A DNA stretch of 64,000 nt from Eledone cirrhosa (Eukaryota). The stretch covers positions 414,098,001 to 414,162,000 of the forward strand of contig OZ024740.1 in NCBI GenBank assembly GCA_964016885.1. The letters are read 5' to 3'. This document shows, one piece after another, positions 53,738-64,000 of the stretch. A program made the translations under genes and the position numbers. The number at the start of each line of letters is the position of its first letter. The stretch's first letter is position 1. The notes under the pieces were generated by a model. It was not told the origin of the DNA and did no database searches. It was given only the letters and a program-made list of their open reading frames with translations.

Positions 53738-55108
53738 AGAGTCAGGACCCCGACGTCTGAGCTCCGGCTGTCTCGACACCTGGTTTCCTGGTTTCTTACC
53801 ATACATTCTTTGTTTTATATAAATATATATATAATATAATTAACAATATTAATAAATAGAAAATATCTTTATAATACCATATTTATTTTACTATACGTAT
53901 CTCAATGACACAAAAGTTTAGTGTGCTTTCATCAGATAGAATATAATATTTGGTGTTAAGATATTGACATATCTTAGCGAAAACTTAATAGTATACGCCC
54001 GCTATTACATATATATATTATAAGCTATATGGCTAACTTAGCCACATGCCTCACCCCGATTTGGTGTTTAATATGATTCAAATTATGAATAGATTAACTG
54101 TTAAGATTTTCATTGCAAAGTACTATTAGATATTATAAACAATTTTCGCTCTCAGTCTTTTTCTCTTCGATTCTCTTTCTTCCTCACACTCGTCCACACT
54201 ATCTCTCAGTCTGTCTCAAAATTGATACTTAAACACGAAATAAGATGCATCAAGTTAACGGCCTAAAGTCAATAACAAATTAGGTTTTATATTTGATATG
54301 TTATCTCGTTATACCATTAGACACCAGCGTGTATTTTATTCAGAGTCCATAAATTATAATTTAAACGAATATAGTGAAGCAATCGATAACTATATCAAAC
54401 TAATGGAAATATCTATTATGGGAAATGTTGACTAGCGTATTTTCACAAAATATAATTTTTCACTTCGAATTTACAAAATCGAATTTACAACCTCATTTCA
54501 ATTCATATTTCGCTTTGCATCACAACATTTTCTTTGTTTGACCTCTTCAGAACCGGGAACTAAATCGTTTGCCTTGTATCTTCAAGATTATTCAAAGTAA
54601 AACCGTAACGCATTTATAAAGACTTATAAATAATTGATATGAAAGAAAGTAACTTTGAACATTCAATCTTGGTATGGACAGAGACAGTCGAAAATTCCTG
54701 CATCATATATTTACGTTATTTTAAGTTAAGAGTAAGATCATTCTAGAGATGACTTAATCCGGTGGGGGGAAGAATGGGCATGTCCCATTTGTATAAGTTT
54801 GGAGGAATCGGAACGAATAACGCAAAACATTCTATCCGACGTTTTCATGTCTCTAATTCACTATCTTACTCTTTAGTGTAATTATCGGCAGCTAATCGAT
54901 ACATTATTCCAATCTCCAGCATAGATTACCCAGTTGTCTTAAACCAGTGCTTATAAATATTTCGTTTGGTTATTTGCTTTTCTTTTTCTTTATTTTAAAT
55001 ATGTCATAATTTTCTCCAGCACACTTCATTTGTGGTAAATACAGAGATCAACTTTATAAATACCATCATCATTGACTTCATCTTTAATAAAATTATAGGT
55101 TTATAATT

Positions 55109-55380
55109 TGAAGTGCATGGCTTAGTGGTTAGAGCATTGGGCTTGCAATCGAAAGGTTGTGAGTTCAATTCTCGGACCGGGTAATGTGTTGTTTCCTTGA
55201 ACAAGACACTTTATTTCACGTTGCTCCAGTTTGCTCAGCTGTAGAAATGAGATGAAGAGGTACTGGCCTGCCCGCCCAGCCAGCGGGATGGGGTTATCTT
55301 ATGGCTAAAACAGCACGACATGCTGTGACCAGCGGCGCCGAATGGACGCCCGACAGACTGGTCGGTCAAGGTGATCAAGG
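55109..55380 (+). mobile_element. SINE family A-related, different 3' tail
   Basis: tRNA-like head tggcttagtggttagagc...gagttcaattc and the caagacactttatttcac core. Confidence 0.7.
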
Positions 55381-55614
55381 TGATAATTTGAAGTGAGGTA
55401 TGGGACTTTATCTTATCGAACCCCTGAGGCTGAAAAGGTTAATCTCAACCAGATTTGAACTCAGAACGTAAAAAAAAAATCAGGAAATATAAAGCGCGCG
55501 CATTTTAAGTGACACTCCAACTATTCTTCCAATCCAACTTTGATACAATTATTAGTAGTAATATTTTTGTAAATTTTAATTATTTGGAATAATTCATACC
55601 TTTATTAATATTTG

Positions 55615-56435
55615 ATTTGGCTGTGTCGGTAGAGCGTTGGACATGCTTTGTGGTTTTGAGATACGGCACCTTACGTTCTGAGTTCAATCCTCCTTACGGG
55701 GTTGATAAATAAAGCACAAGTATTGAAATAGAATCGATTGCCCCACCCTAAAATTGTTGGCCTTGTGCCTAAATAAGAAATCATTTTTACTATTATTAGG
55801 GCAGTGGATTGGCAGTATCGGTAGAGGATCAGACGCCATGCGTTGCAGCATAGAGTAACGGCCCTTTATGATCTGAGTTCAAATCCCGCCGAGGTCAACT
55901 TTGCCTTTCATCCCTACGGGGTCGATAAAACAAAGTTCCTGTCACACACTGGGGTCGATTTAATCGACTTTCCTCTCTCCCAAAATTGCTGAACTTGTGC
56001 CTATATAAGAAACCATTATTATTAGGGCGATGGATTGGCAATACCGGTAGAGAGTCAGACACCATTCTTCGCGGCATAGAGCTACGGCCATTTAAGGTCT
56101 GAATTGAAATCCAGTCGTGTTTGACTCGGCCTTTCATCATTACAAGGGCGATAAAATAAAATACCAGTCACGCACTGGGGGCCATTTAATCGACTTTCCC
56201 CTGCCCAGTAAAATTGCTGGCCTTGTGCCTAAATTAGAAACAATCATTATTATTAGTAGGGTAGTGGATTGGTAGTATCGGTAGGGCATCATACAGCATA
56301 CTTAGCGGCATGTAATTACGTCCCTTTACGTTCTGAGTTCAAATCCCGCCGAGGTTAGCTTTGCTTTTCATCTTTAATCGACTTTCTCCCTTCCCCCAAA
56401 AATTGCTGGCTTTGTGCATAAATATGAAAACATTT
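55615..56435 (+). repeat. Head-to-tail array of about four diverged SINE B copies
   Basis: Units start at about 55615, 55798, 56024 and 56258, each inserted after the (ATT)-rich tail of the previous one. Confidence 0.8.
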
Positions 56436-56822
56436 TTATTGCTGTTATTATTGTTGTTATTATTCAATTGCTCCTTGGTATGTTTACCCTATTATACTTA
56501 TATTCCTTTATACACCGTTAGTCCATTATACATATATTCAATTTTACAGTTATTTTATTGAACCTCTCGCCTCCTCTCTTTTATATCGATCTTGTCGATA
56601 GAAACGTATTCGTAAATAGGATTTTGCCATTCTTCTCTATCCAGATAAGCCTATTTCAATGACTCATTGAAGAGGAACAAGCTTCGGGAACCAAGATCAG
56701 AAAAATGTATATCCTACTATTAATGGCTAGGAATAAAGTATTTTCTTTATATATTTTCGTTATGTGCCTGTGCGCCTATGTGATTTGAATATGTATGATT
56801 GTTTTGTAATTGTATGTTTCAT

Positions 56823-56853
<31 letters not shown>

Positions 56854-57870
56854 ATTCGTGTGAATATCCCTGTCATTCAATAAGCAAATCTACATAATTT
56901 CAATATGTTGGCATGTTTTCTATGATTTCTATTATATACATATAATCTTTTTTTAAATTATATTTCGAAGTACATGATTCTCAGGTATGAATCCCTGTTT
57001 CTGAATAATATTACCTTAAAATATGAATCATACTTTTAAATTAACGCCAGCCTCTGACAAAGACACTTTTCTGTAATTTTGTGTCGTTTCTATTTGCCTG
57101 TATAGGTATCATTCTATTGCTTTTATACATAATTCCATTGAACCTGAAGCACTAGTTGTTACAACTATTGCAATATATCTTTTAATGTTCGGTTGCCAAA
57201 GAACTTATATAATTATGTCAGTTAATGTGAAAAATCAATTGACTGTCAGACAAAATGTATTGCACGGTGTTTCGTAAAGTTCCTTTAAGTTCTTAGCTAT
57301 ATACCCAGTGTTGACTTTGTATTTCATACTTCCTACAGCATCCATTTCCAAAATATGTGCCTTTCAACCAAAGTTAGAAATCAATGTTTTTAACTTTTTT
57401 AATATGGTTAACTGGCGACAGAAACAGTGCAGTTTTGAACACGATTCTTTTTTATACTAAGTTACGTCCCTTTACCTATTTTGTTCGTATTCCGCTAGAA
57501 ACAACTTTGCTTTCCTACTGACTGACCCATCTCCGAAGCTACTCTATTACAAGCATTCACAATAGTTCTCCGACATAAAGATAACTCCGTCCAACCTGTC
57601 TCAAAAGCCTTATAAAGATTCGTGAGCACTAAACTTTCTCCTTAGACGAAACCATAAAAAATCGTTATGCTTGCTCTCTCTCCTAGACGATCTTTCTCCC
57701 GATATTTCCCCCTCATATAACGCCCCCTCCCTATCTATATATTACCATTTAACCCATTCATTTTAAGTGCTAGGCCATAAAGAAAAAAAGGTTACCATCT
57801 TAGATTATACTCACTTGTTCAGAAACATCTTTCTTGTGTAGCAAACTTACCTTTCAAATACTTCCTTTGT

Positions 57871-57971
<101 letters not shown>

Positions 57972-58081
57972 CAAATAAATGATATAAATATTCCAGTAGG
58001 TACTAGGTACCCACGGAAATATACATGGTGTCTATAACAGTTGTTGTTCAATGGTACTAATTTGAGATACCAGAACTATAA

Positions 58082-58552
58082 AAATGAGCGGAACAAGTAA
58101 ACATTAAACAATCTTTTAAATAAATTAAAATACGATTTAAAAATTCACCTGTTCTAGTGCTGTGACCGACGGTTTCGCTTATCAAAAGATTGGAAATTCA
58201 GAGAATTTCCAATGGAAAGAATCAGCTCTTCAGACAGCTATTTCCAAACCACTGGGCACAAAGCCTCGTGGCTAGTAAATATATCACTTTCTGCCCAATG
58301 CATGAAATCAGGCCGTTAAAGTGACCCACACATAAATAGTTGGGCAGGAAGCGATATATTTACTAACCACGAGGCTTTGTGCTCTGTGGTTTGGAAATAG
58401 CTGTCTGAAGAGCTGATTCTTTCCATTGTAAATTCTCTGAATTTCCAATCTTTTAATAAGCGAAACCGTCGGTCATAGCACTAGAACAGGTGAATTTTTA
58501 AATCGTATTTTAATTTATTTAAAAGATTGTTTAATGTTTACTTGTTCCGCTC

Positions 58553-58556
<4 letters not shown>
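58082..58556. mobile_element. Fold-back element with canonical GUC hammerheads
   Basis: 58082-58298 is inverted at 58340-58556. Hammerheads at 58159-58238 (-) and 58400-58479 (+): gctgt-CUGAAGA-gct..agc-GAAA-cc gtc gG-UC-acagc. Confidence 0.8.
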
Positions 58557-58610
<54 letters not shown>

Positions 58611-58616
58611 CTATAT

Positions 58617-58651
<35 letters not shown>

Positions 58652-59194
58652 GCTATGTAATAAACAACATAAGATAATTATTTCATTTACCAGTGGTTTC
58701 TTGAAAGCAAACAAATCTGCTTTCAGTCATCAGAATGAAAAAATTCTGGTGTTTTGATTGTATGTGGATATGAAAACAAAATATAAGGAATATGAAAGAG
58801 AGGCTGAAGGAAGAAAAACACACACACATACACATACATATATATTTATATGTATATATACACCTAAATATACATACACATACACATAAATACACAAACA
58901 CACACATATATATATACATACATGTATATACATATATATATATATATATATAAAATTATATAAATAAATATATAAACATAAATAAACGACCATGTGCAGT
59001 CACATCACCATACAAAGACAAAATACATATACAAGAAATCAATAAATAAAAAGTAAAGTCAAATTTAAAATAAAAAATAAAGAAATAAATATAAAAAATA
59101 AAAAAATTAGGAAGTTGACAGCGATACGAAAGAGGAGAAAAATAAAATAAAAATAAATAAACAAGCACACGTGGTAAGCAAAAGCACAAAATAA

Positions 59195-59226
<32 letters not shown>

Positions 59227-59387
59227 ATATACGCATATATACACACACGCACATAAATACATATATACACACAAATACATAAACAATTACACACACACAT
59301 ATATACACATGCATAGAAATATATACACACAAGTAAATTTACAATACAAACATATACACAGATAAGTATATACATACAAATACATAT

Positions 59388-59423
<36 letters not shown>

Positions 59424-59487
59424 TTATTGTTATACTTTGGAAGGGTCATGTTGCCAATAAGAAACACACGCACCAGTTACTTTCACT

Positions 59488-60378
59488 CCATATATATAGA
59501 AGGATTTGAATGGATACAGTTTAGTTAAAAGGAATTTATTGACACGTGTTTCTATAACAGTTACATAACCTGAAAACAGCTGCTATCTACAAAGTATTAG
59601 TTATGCAGACATTCAATATTTCAATGTTATTATCCGCAATACTACTCCAGAGAAAACCCAACGTACACAACTGTAACTGCACCTATTCTGACAACTGCCC
59701 CCTCGGCAATAACTGCCTGGAAAAAAATATTATTTATAAGTGTACCATTAAATCCGGAGGCAACGAGTGGTATTACGTGGGATCAACGGCAACATCGTTT
59801 AAATCTCGATTATATAGGCATTCTTACTCAATAAAACACCAGAGCCAAAGAAATGTAACAACTTTAGCAGAAAAAGCTTGGACGCTCAGGGATAGCGATC
59901 AAAAGTTTACCCTAAAATGGGAGAAATTAGCTAAAACCCAAAGCTTTTCCAGGAGCCAAAATTTCTGCAAATTGTGTAATCTTGAGATTTATTACATAAT
60001 CACACACAAGAGGAAATTGCTGAATAACAGAATTGAACGAACATTATTCTGCCGTCACCGAACTAAAACCCTTTTTTCCCACTACAAGCTGAATATTACA
60101 TAAAAGAGGGACATCCCCCCAACTATATAAACCTCAATCTAGTTAGAAAAATATAAAAACAATCTCTTCTCAACATATATATGTATATTAATAACCTTAA
60201 ATTACCACACTAATAATGGAAAGATATGCTGATGAGAATAGTTGCAAATATGCTATAATAAATGTGTCTAAAAGCGACCATAAGTATGTATATATATGTG
60301 AAAATGTATATAAAAAAGTAAATATATATATATGTTTGATGTGTATAGTTAGATGTAAGTGTATTCATGTATTAAAGT

Positions 60379-60415
<37 letters not shown>

Positions 60416-61100
60416 GACTGGAGTATGTATGTATATATGTGTGTGTCTATACGTGTGTATATAAAGATAAGTTGAGTATTAAAATGTATACACATGAACG
60501 CGTATGTATGTACATGTATATATGTGTGTATATATATATGTATGCATGTGTATATGTATGTAAGTATGAGCATGTAAGTATGTGAATGTGAGTATAGGTA
60601 TTTTGTAGAGGTGTGCATATATGTGTGTGTGTGTGAATGCGTGGGCGAAAGGATACGTACACTTGAAAGAAAAATTTAAGTCTGAATGTTAATTAAGTGC
60701 AAACACAAAACCAACCACGCATATCTATACTATCTCTAATCCTTCTATAGATCTAGAAAAATAACCAATAATATATTCTATAAAAATGTCAAAACAACAG
60801 ATGGGAATCTAATTACTCACTGCCACCAAAAATTCTCACTGCTATCAAAAAACCACTCCCTCAACTATTCTTCTAACAACTTCACCCCTCCCTCCTAATA
60901 TTCTCTATAAAAACCAAACAGGTCCTCAGTAAAATTATTCCGATGAAATGACAGTTGATAATAACATTGAAATATTGAATGTCTGCATAACTAATACTTT
61001 GTAGATAGCAGCTGTTTTCAGGTTATGTAACTGTTATAGAAACACGTGTCAATAAATTCCTTTTAACTAAACTGTATCCATTCAAATCCTTCTATATATA
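59488..61100 (+). mobile_element. 5'-truncated Naiad-type PLE with inverted 5' copy of its 3' end
   Basis: 59488-59631 inverts 60960-61102. Hammerhead-like motif at 60935-61055 (core CCGAUGA, cacgtg palindrome, GUC). Confidence 0.8.
59640..60103 (+). pseudogene. PLE GIY-YIG endonuclease domain (open, but lacking RT)
   Basis: CNC.....CPL...CL.KNIIYKC....YYVGST...FK.R..H, T.L....W.L, CKLC.LE, CRHR. Confidence 0.9.
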
Positions 61101-61267
61101 TATATTGGAATACGACAAATATAAATAAAAATATAAATATAAATGTTTATAACTGAAGTAGAACACTCAACAGATTCCTGGAGTAAATATGATATTAAAT
61201 GTTTAATATCTTTGTATATAATTATATATATATATACACATACATACACACACACATATATATGTAC

Positions 61268-61316
<49 letters not shown>

Positions 61317-61517
61317 CACATATACACACACATACATAAAATTTACATCACCACAAAATATAAAAATACACACACAAAACACACACACATTTATATATAT
61401 ATATATATATATATGCATATATATAAATAAATATGCATACATACAAACATATAAACAAAAACGTGCATATTCCTGCATAATAATTACTCACTCAAAAGCA
61501 CACATATATATATACAT

Positions 61518-61618
<101 letters not shown>

Positions 61619-61876
61619 TACACATACATACAAACACATAGATACATATACATATATACACACAAAAATAAAGATCTATATATAAAACAGGTAGGTGTGT
61701 AAAGAGTAAGGTAGAAGGTAGGGGGGAATAGGAAAAATAAATAACATAGGAAAAATATATATATATAAATATGAGAGGAGATGAGGGAGAAAAAGAATAT
61801 ATGGGTACAGAATGTGAGTTCAGAGAGTAATAATAATCATCGTAGTGGATGTAAGGCGTAATGAGTAAAGAAGAGT

Positions 61877-62682
61877 TCAAGGTGGTTGAGTCATCGTAGG
61901 AATGTCAATCCAGTTACAAAGGAGATGTGATTTCAGATGAGGATAACATCTGAAGATCTCGGTCTTGGAGGTAAGGCAAGTGGAAGTGGCTTTCAAATTT
62001 GGAAGAATTCTAAATTTTTCCGTGGTGAACAAAGAGCAATTCTTTGTGCCCCTTTGGTATTCTCTAGAATGGTCCAAAATAGACCAATCGATAGTGTACG
62101 GGATGTTTTTATCTTTGAATTCCCACACTTTATTTGCGAGAGCCGTTGCCGATCTTTATCAGAGCGTTTAAAAGAAGCGACATGTGCATTAAACCTAGTT
62201 TTGAACCTGTCCTGAGTCATGCCAACATATCGTTCACTCTTGGCTAGCTGGTTGTTAAACAACGGTGTCAATTTGGCCTCATACACAACGGCTTTAGTGT
62301 TAGATTTGCCCTGTAATGGGCATTCTTCCGGCTTCCTGCAACTGCATCCTGTATTTACTCTCGTACGATTAGAGTTGGTAATTTTAGACTTCATCGATGG
62401 ACAGCAAGAGTAACTGATTTTGACTACATTTCTATTAAAATTCTTATAACATGTATGATTAGGGGGAAAATATTTGTCTAGGAGGTCAAGGAATTTCCTT
62501 CCTACATTAGTTTTGACAGTTAGATAGAAGGGGTGTAAACCAAATAATTTTCCTTTTTCTGTTATTATGATTAGTTTTTTGGGGGGAGGAGCAGGTAAAT
62601 ATTTAATATGTTCTGTAAAGCCGCTGTTATTGAGGGCCTTATAATAATAAGGGGCGGCTTTGTTAAAAATGTCTAGAGACGA
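61877..62682 (-). pseudogene. Naiad-type PLE 3' ORF remnant (RT thumb/linker + GIY-YIG)
   Basis: IFNKAAPYY..AL..SGF, IIWF.P, VG.KFL.LLDKYFP, VKISYSC, CSCRKPEECPLQGK, VVYEA, YVGMT..FK.R..H, YTIDWSIL. Confidence 0.88.
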
Positions 62683-63489
62683 TTATAATTATAATTGTCA
62701 TCATCTATCAAAAAACAACATCAAAACCTCTTATATTTACATTCTTATTTTATATATCTCTATTTTTCACTTTCTATCTTTATATTTCTCTCTCTAAATT
62801 TATTTTATCTCTGTCATTTTATTTTATCATATAATATAACTTAAAAATAATTAATTTATTTATTTATTAAAATAACCAATACACACATAAATATATTTAA
62901 CATTATCATATTTTCACCTTATCTCTCCATATATTTCAACAATTCTCAAAAACCATTCTCAATAATTTTAATATGTTTAAATACTCTTCGCACATTTTTA
63001 CTCCTTTTACGTATATATTTTTATTCTTCATTTTTCACATTTTATACCATTTATATCACATTAGATATTATTTATTTATTTATTTATCAATTTTCATATT
63101 TTTTAAATATATTTTTCATATATTTTTTATATATCTATTTTTATTTTTATTTACATTATTCATGTATTAACGTTTATTCATTTATTTGTTCCTCTATTCT
63201 TCTTTCTATCCTACGCTATTTCTACTTATGTTTGTCTATCCTCTATCTACCATCATCTTCTGTATATCTTCTCTTTATATTTCTATCTATAATAATTTCT
63301 CCATTTTCTTCTTCTTTCTATTTTTCTTTTTCTTTTTTCTTCTTCTTCTTTCTCCTTCCTTTCTTTCTTTCTTTACTGTATCTCTCTCCCTTTCTTCCTC
63401 CTTTTCTCTGTATAACTTTATTATTAATATTATTATTGATGATGTAATTTGAATTTGTAAATTTGCCGGTTACATATATATGTTTTTAA

Positions 63490-63599
63490 CAGTTTCCGAA
63501 GATCTGATAGAGCTAACATTGTATTTAAAATTGAGTGGCACTGCTTTTAGTGTTCAGCAATGTTTAGACAGATTTATCAGTGAAACAATTGTTAGACTG
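63490..63599 (+). ncRNA. Hammerhead-like motif at the end of a PLE-related segment
   Basis: cagttt-CCGAAGA-t ctgatag...ttatcag t-GAAA-caattg-UU-agactg. Confidence 0.6.
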
Positions 63600-63649
63600 C
63601 AAATAAATTTCCTTTTTGTACTACTGACCATGTTATTCTCCACTTTTTC

Positions 63650-63687
<38 letters not shown>

Positions 63688-63870
63688 ATATATTGTTATG
63701 CTTTGGGAGGGTCATGTTGCCAATAAGAATCTTGCTAAACAAATTCAAAAACGAAATATTATATATATATATATATATATGATAAAATGGGGAGAAAAAT
63801 ACTGCTGGTAGCACATGGATAACATGTAATAAAATAAGTCCCTCATCAGTGATGAGGGACTTATTTTATT

Positions 63871-63924
<54 letters not shown>

Positions 63925-63953
63925 GATAAATCTACCAAGAGTTTACGGTAGTG

Positions 63954-64000
<47 letters not shown>

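Overview
AT-rich, repeat-saturated eukaryotic intergenic or intronic DNA with no recognisable host protein-coding gene. The SINE types and dense (TA)n/(CA)n/(ATT)n microsatellites look like an octopus (coleoid cephalopod) genome; this is inferred from repeat style, not from a search. Most ORF-track entries are microsatellite artefacts. A nested retrotransposon stack occupies 20.4-37.3 kb: a Penelope-like element is cut off by an RTE LINE, and the (ATT)n tract in the RTE 5' UTR holds two head-to-tail L1/Tx1-type LINEs, one with an intact 1139-aa ORF2. The window also has several Naiad-type Penelope (RT + GIY-YIG) remnants, two non-autonomous Helitrons and two tRNA-derived SINE families. The main hidden signal is about two dozen hand-folded type I hammerhead-ribozyme motifs from many unrelated sequence families, nearly all in short non-coding elements embedded in (TA)n. 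These elements form fold-back inverted repeats or terminally redundant 0.42-0.59 kb units, one family being circularly permuted between loci. This suggests a retrozyme-like circular-RNA system mobilised by Penelope-like reverse transcriptases. All RNA structures were derived by eye, and activity is untested.
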